From Craspedostauros australis (Eukaryota), in contig JALAGF010004599.1 in assembly GCA_030167865.1 (NCBI GenBank), forward strand, positions 62,001 through 126,000: a stretch of 64,000 bases of DNA, written 5' to 3'. This document shows, piece after piece, positions 1-10,377 of this stretch (position 1 is its first letter; each line of letters opens with the position of its first letter). The position numbers and the translations under genes were made by a program. Under the pieces are notes generated by a model. That model saw nothing but the letters and a program-made list of their open reading frames with translations. It did no database searches and had not been told where the DNA came from.

Positions 1-120
1 GATGATTCAGCCTTCGATCGCTGGGAGGCGAACTTCCATTCGGAGTCGCCGTCTACTGCCTCGCACTCAGGTTCTGCCATCACGGATGAAGCCTCATGTC
101 TCTCCACAACAACGACAGCA

Positions 121-1665
121 ATGCCAACATTGGCAACTTCAGCATCATCAACAGCAATAACATCAACAGCAACAACATCAACAACAACAGCATCGACAAC
201 AAGGACACCGACATCAGCCGAAGTTGGTGTGACCAAGCTGGTGGCCAACGCAGAGAGCACCGCAACCGCAGCGACCACGGGCGTCGCCAGGTACCATCCC
301 CACACCACCTCTATTGCCAGCAGCATCCCTAACCACAGCATATCCAACGACATGGCCAACGACATCGCCACGAAGGTCCGCGCCCCAAGCTTCACCAAAA
401 AGGTGCCAGCGACGAAACGAAGACGGAGGAGGAAATGGGACACTATGATCGTCCGCTTGGAGGAGTACCACGCCCACCACGGCCATTCCATGGTGCCGAA
501 GGAGGACGATCATGAACTCCACATGTGGCTTCAGACGATACGGAAGAACTACTCGCATCAGATCAGACACCCCGATCGCGTGCTGCCGAACCGACCGAGG
601 CTCGACTCCCACGACATGCGGAGGCTGGCCAAGGTGGACTTTTGCTGGAACGTCAAGGCCACCGTGTGGGACAGACGCTACGCCCAGCTCAAGGCCTTCC
701 GTGATCAGCACGGACACTGCCGCGTCACCATGTACGACGACGTGCAGCTCAGCGTCTTCGTGCAGAATCAGCGACAAGAGTTCCGAAAGCTGCAGCAGTT
801 CGGTCGGCAGTGCTACCAGACGACCTTGACAGCGGACAGGATCGAGAAGCTCAACCGGTTGGGTTTCCAGTGGTCGCGCGGACAGAAGGCCACGTGGGAG
901 CATCGTTACAAGGAGCTCCTTAACTTCAAGGATCGGTTTGGCCATGCGGACGTCCCGCAACGCTACGACGGCGATCCCAAGCTCGGCGTTTGGTGCATGA
1001 ATCAGCGCACCAAGTACAAGCTCCGCAAGAAGGGCAAGTCTGGTGGTTTGACGGATGAGCAGGTGCAGAAATTAGAGTCGATCGGCTTCTCGTGGAACAC
1101 GCGGGCGGCGAGATGGCAGAACATGCTGCGCAAGTTGCAGGCGTTCTACGAGGAGCACGGTCACACGGAGGTGCCCAAGCGCGATGTGAACAACGCCGAT
1201 CTGCGGCTATGGTTGATATGGCAACGCTTTCTGTACAATAGCTCGCAGCGCGATGAGCCCACCTTCTACGTGCTGCCGCAATCCCGCATCGATCAGCTCG
1301 AGGCCGCGATTCCGGACTTCAAGTGGAAGGTCCGGGATTCCAACGCCCCGTCCAAGGAGGATTGGTCCAAGCTACTCGTCGCCATCCAAGAGAAGGGCAT
1401 CAAGCCCGGCATGCGGGCCAAGCAGCATTGGTTCGAAGGCTTGCGGCCCAACCAGGTGGAAGTCAAGAGCGAGTACACCGACGAGGAGCTTGTGGATCTG
1501 TGGAACTCTGGCGATGACGACGAAGACGGCGATCCTGATGGTGGTGATGGCGATGATTTCAATGGTGACATGCATGGAGATGGAGATGGAGCCGCTATCG
1601 GGGTAGGCCATGAGGGCGTCGGCAGCCATCAGGTAGACTCAGAGCAACAGCTGTTCACGACATAG
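121..1665 (+). CDS. Helicase-associated (HA) domain repeat protein, no helicase core
   Basis: Single ORF of 514 aa. About four repeats of the HA pattern W...y..L..f...hGH..VP.....L..W...QR (WDTMIVRLEEYHAHHGHSMVP; WDRRYAQLKAFRDQHGHCRV; WEHRYKELLNFKDRFGHADVP; WQNMLRKLQAFYEEHGHTEVP). Thr-rich N-terminus, basic NLS-like KRRRRRK, acidic tail. The true start may be a downstream ATG. Confidence 0.85.
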   Translation: MPTLATSASSTAITSTATTSTTTASTTRTPTSAEVGVTKLVANAESTATAATTGVARYHPHTTSIASSIPNHSISNDMANDIATKVRAPSFTKKVPATKRRRRRKWDTMIVRLEEYHAHHGHSMVPKEDDHELHMWLQTIRKNYSHQIRHPDRVLPNRPRLDSHDMRRLAKVDFCWNVKATVWDRRYAQLKAFRDQHGHCRVTMYDDVQLSVFVQNQRQEFRKLQQFGRQCYQTTLTADRIEKLNRLGFQWSRGQKATWEHRYKELLNFKDRFGHADVPQRYDGDPKLGVWCMNQRTKYKLRKKGKSGGLTDEQVQKLESIGFSWNTRAARWQNMLRKLQAFYEEHGHTEVPKRDVNNADLRLWLIWQRFLYNSSQRDEPTFYVLPQSRIDQLEAAIPDFKWKVRDSNAPSKEDWSKLLVAIQEKGIKPGMRAKQHWFEGLRPNQVEVKSEYTDEELVDLWNSGDDDEDGDPDGGDGDDFNGDMHGDGDGAAIGVGHEGVGSHQVDSEQQLFTT

Positions 1666-2370
1666 ATTTGATTGATACCCTACTACCTATGCTGATACGA
1701 GCTTCCACCGACATCTCTCTGTCCGTGCCTGCATGTCCAAGTATCAACAAGTACTCTCTAGAGAGAACTACTCTCTCATGAGTATGTCACTGTCTCTCTC
1801 TCTGTCTGTCTGGAGAGAAGAAGGGCGGAGCGTGTGGAATCGGGAAAGAATGGTGCCTCACCATGGAGATGGACGAGCGGCCATCCACCTCGTGCTCATG
1901 TGAACCACGCACACTCGTGAATGGATGATGTCGATTCGAACTTTTTGTGACTCCCGAATTGTGACAATGATGTGCATGAACCGTTATCCACCGTTAAGAA
2001 ATTGCCGTTTTTGAAGCTGCAAAGCGCAACAGATTTGAAAAAGGACTTTAACGCTCTGTCCCCGCAACACACGCGGAACAGTCCTCGCACATCCGCAAAA
2101 CCGCAACGAAACACTTCAAACAGGACCGGACCACTGGCAGAAGCAACGCACCAAACACAAGAGAGAGAGAGAGAGAGAGAGAAGCACAACACGGACCACA
2201 ACCGCTCTCGCATTCACACTCACACTCTTGTGTGCGTGCTTGACTGCAGAGAGACGACCATCACTTGCAAAGTTGCACAATTGACAGGAAGCAGAAGAGA
2301 AGAGGAGGAGGCATAGCGTGGACAGGACACACAGCCAAAAAAGAGGAACGCAGATCTTGCCACCATCTCT

Positions 2371-2420
2371 GAGCAGCATTGATCAGCATTGATCAGCACT
2401 GATCAGCATTGATCAGCATT
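2371..2420. repeat. 10-bp tandem repeat (GATCAGCATT)x5 upstream of the kinesin gene
   Basis: gagcagcatt gatcagcatt gatcagcact gatcagcatt gatcagcatt, read directly from the sequence. Confidence 0.9.
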
Positions 2421-2529
2421 CACCAACGTTGACACAACAAGACAAGACAAGAAGAACCCCACAAGTTCCGAATTGCATCCACCAAGGCATCAAGTCATCA
2501 AGTCATCAATACAGAATAACGCAACGACC

Positions 2530-5500
2530 ATGAAGCTTGTTGCAACGTGGCTGAACGGCATCGGCCTGAGCGATGCAATTGGGACATTCGAAGCCGCTGG
2601 GATCGTATCGCCTTCCGCTTTGGCCGAGCTCGATGTCAACCATTTCGAGGCGCTTGGCGTTTCGGATCCCGACGACCGCAGAAAGCTCTTCTACCTCGTT
2701 CAGCGCATAAAGCTGGCGGTCGGTAAGAAGCCTACGGCACCGGAACAGCAGAGCATGGAGGAGCAGATGGATGCCATGATTGCGACCACGCTGGAAAATG
2801 GCAATGCTGCCAAACCAGCGGGATCCTTCGATAGCTCTGGCAGCAACCAGAACGTGGAGAATGAGGAGAATGGAGTGCACAAGCCACAGATACAAACGTC
2901 GGTCGCTGGACGCGCACTGAGTGGAGATGCTTCGAGCGCAACTGCCAATGCTAGTGCCAGTGGCGTTTCTGGAGTGCGTCGCAGCCGGAGGTTGGCTACG
3001 AAGAAGCAGACGCAGGCTGTGCCACCCCCACCGCCGCCGCCGCCGCCACCACCACCTTCGCGACCTGCACAAGTGGACGCAATGACAACAACGCAAACCA
3101 CGGCAACGACCATGACGATGACGGTGACGAAAGCCGTGGCCCCACGCAGCGTGTCGCTGACCAGACCCAAGGTTATGCCTTCCAAGGAAGTGCAACCCCC
3201 GTTTGCTGCATCTTCATCTTCGGCTGAAGGAGCGAGGCCGCTGGCGAGAAGATCCAGCAGACGTCTGCAGGAAAAGCAAAAACAGGAGGTTCCCGAGTCG
3301 AAATCAAAGCCGTCACCACCCCGATCTCGGTCGCTGTCCACGAACGGCCGCAGTCCCAAAAAAGCTACCAAGAACAACAGTCCTCGTCGCGCCATGAAAA
3401 AGACTGGCATGGTGTTGGGCGATGGACAGTCAGCCGATTCGAATCTTCCCCAGCTTGCGCAGAGGACGAAGATCCAGGCGCCCAGAGGACGTCGCACGGA
3501 GTCGCGCTTGCAGAATCCATCCAAGTCCATCAGGACAGGCAAACGCTTGTCGTCCATCCCATCGGAGGCCATGGCTCCGCAATCGCCACTCGTCAACCTC
3601 TCCGTCACCAAGATGGAACAGAACCTGACGCAGACCAACCAAGCCCTCAAGGCAGATCAAAACATCCACCGCGAGAAGCGCCGCTCGCGATCAAGATCCA
3701 GGGATTCGTTGGATTCGCTCCTGGCCTCGTCCTTCAGCGAGTCTGAGAACGGCTCTGAACCACAGAGTGACTCGGAACTCAGCGGTTCGGAAAGAAACAG
3801 ACCAGCGCCCACGACCAACCGGCGTCTCACATTTCCATCAGAAGTCTCCGCCGGCACCAGCTCAGTCTCAAGCGGAGATGATACCAAGAGCAGCAGCAGA
3901 CCGAGCTTGTCCAAGCGCAGAAGCCTCAGAGCACCATCTGCCAGCAGAGGAAGACGTCCCTCTCGTGCCTCCTCCGTCAGCTCCAACTCCGTCACCATCC
4001 AGGGTGGAACCATCGACGAATCCTTCAAGTCCAAAATCGAGCTCATGCGCGAGGACAACGCTGCCGAGTACGATCTGTTCGGCGCACAAGTTGACAAGCA
4101 GCAACAGTACGACATGCGCATCCGCGTGCTGGTGCGGAAGCGTCCCATCAACAAGAAGGAGATGGGCGTCACAGGTGGCATCGACATCATCCACCCGATG
4201 GATTACGGCGAGTACGGAAAGATCCTGCTCTACCAGCCCAAGACGAAGGTCGACCTGACGAAGCAGGTGGAGACGGCGCCCTTTGCCTTCGACAACGTCT
4301 TCGACGAATCGTCGACGAATGTTCAGATCTACGAACGTTCCATCCGTGGCTTGATCCCATCAGTCTTCGAAGGTCAGTTCAACTCTGTCTTTGCCTACGG
4401 ACAGACAGGTTCCGGCAAGACCTACACCATGATGGGATCCAACATCACGGGCGTCAACGCTGGCACCGCTGTTCAGGATTCGGCCAACCTCGGCCTCTAC
4501 TACCTCGCAGCCGTGGATATCTTCTCCCTCGCAGAACGCCCCGAGAACCAGCACTTCACGATCGCCGTGTCTCTCTTTGAGATCTACGGTGGCAAGCTCT
4601 ACGATCTGCTGGCAAGCCGAAAGCACGTGAAGTGCTTGGAAAACAGCAAGGGCAAGGTCTGCTTCCCCGGCCTGTCCGAGCACGCCGTGTCCTGTCCTGA
4701 CGAGCTTATGGAGCTATTCGAGCGTGGTGCCAAGAACCGTTCCACGGGCACCACATCCCGCAATGCCGACAGCAGTCGGTCCCATGCGGTCATCCAGCTG
4801 AGTCTCCGCAAGTCGCAGGGACGCAAGAAGAACGTCGAACATGGACGTCTAACATTCATCGACCTTGCCGGAAGCGAGCGTGGAGCTGACACTTCCAGCG
4901 CAAGTCGAGCCACGCGGCTAGAGGGTGCCGAGATCAACACGTCGTTGCTTGCCTTGAAGGAGGTCATCCGCGCGTTGGCAACCGGTGGTTCCATGACGCA
5001 CATTCCCTTCCGTGGCAGCAAGCTCACGCAGGTACTGAAGGATTCCTTCGTCGGCAAGAAGTCGCGTTGCTGCATGGTCGCCTGCATCTCTGCCGACATT
5101 GGCAGCTGCGAGCAGACTCTGAATACGCTACGGTACGCTGACCGAGTTAAGGAGCGCAATTCCGCGACAGGGGCGCTTGCTGCAGGATACGACATGCCCG
5201 TTCGCGTCCAGCTGGATGCCTTCAGCCCCATCAAGACGGCACCTGCGGAATCACCGGCTCGCATGACTGCCGATGATCAGATGTATGACGATTTGCGGGC
5301 CGAAGAGAATGCTCTGGCGCAGGTCATTAGCGCCGAAGAGGCGGATGACCACAGCCACACGTCTCACTCCGAGTGCAACTCCGACATGCTGAATGATCTG
5401 TTGAACAGCGATCATGGCGACATTACGGCTTCCAGCGTGGCAGCTGCTGAGGAGATGGCAACGCCAGAGAGGCCCATTGCCCCATCCCCCAGCACGAATG

Positions 5501-5853
5501 GAGGGATGACGCCAAAGCGCATCGCGTCCGAGACGTTGGTGTCGACCCACCGATCCGTGATGGCGTCCATGCTGACGATGGTCAAGCACGAAATGACGCT
5601 GGTCAACAAGGTGGATGCCGATCGGGACCGACTCGACGAGTACATCGGCGAGCTGGAGTCGCTCCAGACGACGCAGCTGTCCCTGATCACAAAACTGCAG
5701 GACACCCTCCACTCGTACGTGGCTCATGCGGAAGGAACCACCATGGTCCATGATGCCAGTGCCGTTCAGAAAGATGGACGTGGTTCACGCCGGCAGCAGT
5801 CGCGTGATGGAGGCGAGTCGGATAACGACAGCTTTGAGGATTTGAGAGATTGA
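2530..5853 (+). CDS. Kinesin-13 family motor with N-terminal SAM domain (KIF24/kinesin-13B-like)
   Basis: ATG at 2530 (MKLVATWLNGIGL...LEALGVSDPDDRRKL-type SAM domain). Long low-complexity linker. Central motor with the kinesin-13 KVD motif (KTKVDLTK), P-loop GQTGSGKT, switch I SSRSH, switch II DLAGSE and HIPFRGSKLT. C-terminal coiled coil. No intron required. Confidence 0.93.
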   Translation: MKLVATWLNGIGLSDAIGTFEAAGIVSPSALAELDVNHFEALGVSDPDDRRKLFYLVQRIKLAVGKKPTAPEQQSMEEQMDAMIATTLENGNAAKPAGSFDSSGSNQNVENEENGVHKPQIQTSVAGRALSGDASSATANASASGVSGVRRSRRLATKKQTQAVPPPPPPPPPPPPSRPAQVDAMTTTQTTATTMTMTVTKAVAPRSVSLTRPKVMPSKEVQPPFAASSSSAEGARPLARRSSRRLQEKQKQEVPESKSKPSPPRSRSLSTNGRSPKKATKNNSPRRAMKKTGMVLGDGQSADSNLPQLAQRTKIQAPRGRRTESRLQNPSKSIRTGKRLSSIPSEAMAPQSPLVNLSVTKMEQNLTQTNQALKADQNIHREKRRSRSRSRDSLDSLLASSFSESENGSEPQSDSELSGSERNRPAPTTNRRLTFPSEVSAGTSSVSSGDDTKSSSRPSLSKRRSLRAPSASRGRRPSRASSVSSNSVTIQGGTIDESFKSKIELMREDNAAEYDLFGAQVDKQQQYDMRIRVLVRKRPINKKEMGVTGGIDIIHPMDYGEYGKILLYQPKTKVDLTKQVETAPFAFDNVFDESSTNVQIYERSIRGLIPSVFEGQFNSVFAYGQTGSGKTYTMMGSNITGVNAGTAVQDSANLGLYYLAAVDIFSLAERPENQHFTIAVSLFEIYGGKLYDLLASRKHVKCLENSKGKVCFPGLSEHAVSCPDELMELFERGAKNRSTGTTSRNADSSRSHAVIQLSLRKSQGRKKNVEHGRLTFIDLAGSERGADTSSASRATRLEGAEINTSLLALKEVIRALATGGSMTHIPFRGSKLTQVLKDSFVGKKSRCCMVACISADIGSCEQTLNTLRYADRVKERNSATGALAAGYDMPVRVQLDAFSPIKTAPAESPARMTADDQMYDDLRAEENALAQVISAEEADDHSHTSHSECNSDMLNDLLNSDHGDITASSVAAAEEMATPERPIAPSPSTNGGMTPKRIASETLVSTHRSVMASMLTMVKHEMTLVNKVDADRDRLDEYIGELESLQTTQLSLITKLQDTLHSYVAHAEGTTMVHDASAVQKDGRGSRRQQSRDGGESDNDSFEDLRD

Positions 5854-6444
5854 TTTGGAATCATGAACACACAATAATATAATACAGCATGGTGCACAAT
5901 AGAATGCAGCACAAAGCAAATATAGCAGTCGTTGCAATCATCTACTCGTAGAGTGCATAAGTATGCAACCGCCAACGATGAGAGTGCATGGTACTCTTGC
6001 ATGATACCATGCTCGACAAACATTGGGACTGTTGCGGATGACGATGAGGTGAAGAATAAGACGAAGTAAGTATGCATGATGGAACCCTCTCTCGCTCTCT
6101 AGAGAGAAAGAGCACTATTTTGATGTAGACAGTTCGCGCCAAAATAGTACTGGATAAGTCTCATTTGGTCACAAGGCATCTTTCCCAAATTTTGGGTCCC
6201 AACGCAAGAGGATGACCACAACAACGATTGTGTTCGCTTTTGGTCTCTTTCTTCCTCGCATTCATCCCTTGTTGGTGGTGATGGGTTCTTGATGGCATCA
6301 ACTGCGCCAGTGGATGATTTTCGACAGACAGCGAGCTTCATTGTTCAATCGGATCACATCATCTGTAGCACAGCACAACGCAACTCAATCCACCAAGCAG
6401 CACAATACAGCAGTACAACAATACAACAGTAAAATAGCTGTACG

Positions 6445-7599
6445 ATGTCCACCAATGAGAGCCTCCGAAAACGCAAGCTGGTTCATGCGCTGCGACGGCC
6501 AAGATGCCTCTTGGTTCTGATCTTCATGCTGCTGCTGTGCAGCACGATGGCACTAATTTTCATCTTTTGGACCCCATCCGAGCTTCTGGGGGTCCTGTCG
6601 CGTGACAGCTCATCGTCGAGCGATGGGGAGACAGCAGACGCAGCCGAAGACAACAGCGACCTGATTCCGAAGGCACCAAACTGCACATCAACGACACGGT
6701 ACCAGCTGCAGTCGAGGTACTGTTCGTGGGATCGTTCTCTGGAGACATGCTACCGCATGTTCGTGCCCGTGCTGCAGGAGAAGCCATCATGGGTGTTTTT
6801 GGGTGGCTACGACATGTCGCAGGTCGTGCATTACATCTCCTTGCAATGGCCCCACGAATCTCTCAACATCAAGAGCAGACGGGATCCCTGCAAGAACATC
6901 GAGTACTACAAGATCCCGCGACGGGTACCTTGGACGGCACCGAATGCAACCTTGGGAGAGGGCCCCGTGGGATATGGGAAGGATCACCCGTACTGCACGG
7001 ATTCGCAACGAGTTTGGAACGTCCTGTTGGATGTGCCCACGCAGCAGGACAAGTATGTGGAGTATCTGGTGGTGGAATATGCGAGGGACGTTTCCATACC
7101 AAGTCACGTCACGAAGACGACGCAAGAAACGGCCGCACTATACCTGTCCAACAAGAGCCCGGAGGTTTGCGTGGCCAACACCGGTCTGCACGATGCTTCC
7201 ATAGTGGATCCCAAGACGGGCGAGCCGCTTCCAATCGATGTTTACATTCACAACGTCGATGCCTACATCACCCTGCTCGCAAGGACGTGCCGCCATGTTG
7301 TCTGGGTCGGCCTGTCCGCCATCATGGAGGATGATTCCAAGACGTTGGCTGGCACGGGTGGAAGCAGCATAATCCACGGCAACGCCACCAACGTGACGAA
7401 CTGCCAACTGCAGGAGTACAACAACGCCGTGTACGGCTTGGTGGAGCTGCGTGGACGAGACAACGTGTACATTGTGGATGTTTGGGACAAGAGTCTGACG
7501 ACTTCGCACGTGGACAAGTTCTACATGACACCAAAATACTACTCCACTCTGGCACGTCTCTTTGCCACCTTGATGGCCGGACCACGTGCTGCATCATAA
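6445..7599 (+). CDS. Type II membrane protein with SGNH/PC-esterase-like luminal domain (catalytic residues appear substituted)
   Basis: Basic N-terminus followed by a single TM (CLLVLIFMLLLCSTMALIFIFW), a stem, and a block III-like motif VCVANTGLHD. WVFLGGY stands where GDS is expected and DKFY where DxxH is expected. Confidence 0.65.
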   Translation: MSTNESLRKRKLVHALRRPRCLLVLIFMLLLCSTMALIFIFWTPSELLGVLSRDSSSSSDGETADAAEDNSDLIPKAPNCTSTTRYQLQSRYCSWDRSLETCYRMFVPVLQEKPSWVFLGGYDMSQVVHYISLQWPHESLNIKSRRDPCKNIEYYKIPRRVPWTAPNATLGEGPVGYGKDHPYCTDSQRVWNVLLDVPTQQDKYVEYLVVEYARDVSIPSHVTKTTQETAALYLSNKSPEVCVANTGLHDASIVDPKTGEPLPIDVYIHNVDAYITLLARTCRHVVWVGLSAIMEDDSKTLAGTGGSSIIHGNATNVTNCQLQEYNNAVYGLVELRGRDNVYIVDVWDKSLTTSHVDKFYMTPKYYSTLARLFATLMAGPRAAS

Positions 7600-7980
7600 A
7601 ACAGAGCCGGCAGTGTGGAGTACGTTTACGAGTACTCATCGATGGCAAGTAGGGGGATGGGGGACATTCTGTGAACATCGAAGCATGGAAATGAGTTGAG
7701 GGGGGTACAGTTGCATTTAGAGCAGAGTGCTGGTACAATGGGGTGATCTGTTCCAGGGAAAGACGGACACTGGAATGCACGGTATCGCATATCTGAATAC
7801 TCTACTGATAACATGAATATATGCACGAGTACTCGTATTGGTACATAAGTTCCACATGATTGTACGTGATCACACGTGCGGCATTGAGTTGTACTCTAGT
7901 ATGCATGTAGCACTAAATGTTACTCTGTACCCAAAGTATGATAAAGCACGAGTACGCTTTCTACCCGTCGGTACAAACGT

Positions 7981-9620
7981 TTAGACGTTGAAGCGGAAAA
8001 GAATGACATCGCCCTCCTGGACGATGTACTCCTTGCCTTCGCTTCTGAGAACCCCGGCTTCCTTGGCCGCCTTCTCGCTGCCCGTCTCGATCAGATCGTC
8101 GTAGGATATCGTCTCAGCGCGGATGAATCCACGCTCGAAGTCGTTGTGGATGACGCCGGCAGCTTTGGGAGCGGTCCATCCCTTTTTGATAGTCCAGGCA
8201 CGCGACTCGGTGGGGCCGCTGGTGTAGTAGGTCTGGAGCTGCAGCAGATCGTACGCTTCACGGATGAGCGCGCGCAATCCGCTGTCGTTGAGGCCAACAC
8301 CGAGCGACTCCAGGAACTCCAATCGGTCCTCAAGCTCGAGCTCGACCAGTTCGGCTTCGACGGCGGCCGAGACCAGGACGATCTTGGCGTTCTCTGTCTC
8401 CGCGATGCTCTTCAGCTTGTCCACCATCTCATTTCCGGTAGCAAGATCACCATCAGCAACGTTGGCAGCGTAGATCATGGGCTTGCGTGTCAGCAGACCG
8501 AGCGATTTGAGGGTCTGCTCCTCATCCTCATCCAGATCAACGTACCTGGCAGGCTTGCTCTCCTCCAGGGCCTCCAGCACCTTCTCCAGGGCGCGCTTCT
8601 CAATGGGATCGGCGTTCTGGCGTTCCTTCCGGACACGGTACAGGCGCTTCTCGACTTGGACAAGATCGGCCAGGGCGAGCTCCAGGTTGATCAGTTCGCT
8701 GTCGCGAACGGGATCGACGGTGCCATCAACGTGGATGACATCGTCGTCCTCAAAGCACCGCACGACGTGCACGATGCAATCGGCCTGGCGAATGGAATTC
8801 AGGAACTGATTTCCCAAGCCTTCTCCCTGTGAGGCACCCTTGATCAGACCGGCGACGTCGACAAATTCCAGGGTGGTTGGCACGGACTTCTCGGACTTGT
8901 TGAGTTCTGTGAGCTTGTCCAATCTTGGATCTGGGACCGTCACGATACCGACATTCGCTTCGATGGTGCAGAATGGCTGCAAGTTGTCCGGAATAACGTC
9001 GAAATTGGAAACAGCGGTTCCAGAAATATTCATGTAGTATTTGGTATCAAGGAAGGGAAGGGAAAGGGATTGTTGTCAGTGTGTGTTGAACGTATAACAG
9101 GCACAGAGCACAGTGGGTCGACTTGGCCAGCTACGTGGATAATGAAGATGCATTGAAATGCGCAAACTCAGCACGTGCACAATTCCATTCATTGATTGTT
9201 CTCGACGCACGCAAATGCTCCACTTTCATCGTGGATCATATCAAACGTGACAGGGCATGGAGTGCATGGCAGCGCGATAGCCCTCGAAGGCTAGTGCAGA
9301 GTATTCTGCTCTACTCTGTATGCTCACGTTGCACGTACGTAGTTTCCCATCTCCGCACTCTGGGTCTCCGTGAGAGCATTGAAGAGGGTGGACTTGCCGA
9401 CGTTTGGCAATCCAACAATGGCGGTCTGCAGCTTCATGGACATGGTGGAGGCAGAGTAGGAGCGTCCGAAGCTCGCTGTGGCTCCTCCCGTGAAGGAGGA
9501 ACGCGCCGAGAATGCGGCGCACCTGCGGGTTGTCACGGAGAGCATGCCGAGGATCAGCATGATGGCAGAACTTGTGGCGATGGGCGATGCTTGCTTGGAT
9601 GCGGCCTTGAAAGTCTTCAT
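7981..9620 (-). CDS. ychF: YchF/OLA1 Obg-family ATPase/GTPase, probably plastid-targeted
   Basis: Exons 9339-9620 and 7981-8976; intron 8977-9338 (gtacgt...ttgcag). The joined protein reads GLPNVGKSTLFNALT...GNY|PFCTIEANVG, DVAGLIKGASQGEGLGNQFL, AAGVIHNDFERGFIRAE and a TGS end EGKEYIVQEGDVILFRFNV. N-terminal signal-like stretch followed by CAA-F and a Ser/Thr/Arg-rich transit peptide. Confidence 0.95.
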
Positions 9621-10377
9621 GATGTTTCCCGGACGACGATTTTGCTTTTGCTGTTGCTGTTGCTTTTGCTGTTGCTGTTGCGAGAGTAGTGGTGTTGACT
9701 ACGATGCACAAGGGATGGAGGAAGAAGTGGAGTACTCGTACAAGTACGAAGACGGACAGAGTAACGTACTTTTGTGCAGTATCAAATCGATTCCTTGCAA
9801 TACCAATGTCAAAGGTGCTTGTCGGAAGGGAGATCTCCCTGTGCGTTGATGGGATCAAAGCACCAACCAACATGGGAAGAAAACGGCAGAAAGCCAACCC
9901 ATCAACACCAGAGAGGCAACACGAAGAAGACGAGCACAAACTCAGTTTCGTGGTTGGTTGTTGGTGGACTGACGATCGTCACCAACATGGTTGGAGTTGC
10001 GGCAAATCCATATTTTGTGGATAAATTCATTAGTCTACAGGTCAGTCTCTAGAGAGAGAGAGGCTATTTCTAATCACCATGCGACAACGGCAACAACAAC
10101 ATTCATTGCTCCATTCGTATGTGCGCGTGCGAGACGTCGATGAAATGGTATTGTGAGTTTAACATTTTACTCCTACATTTACATGTCCACGTGTGGTGTG
10201 GTGTTTCATTTTGCGTCCGATCGCACGAGTACGAGCATGGTCTGCAACCATTGTGCTTTCATCGTGATGGAATGTTTGTTGCTGTTGGTTGTTGATGTCG
10301 GACGTGCGTGCTGTTGTCAATAATTGTTCTCGTTGTGGAGACACTTCTTTACGTACCAAGTGTGTAGCCAGATTGCT

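Noticed and set aside
2371-2420. Tandem repeats considered as a CRISPR-like array
   Set aside because: Units are 10-12 bp with no spacers, there are no cas genes, and the context is eukaryotic.
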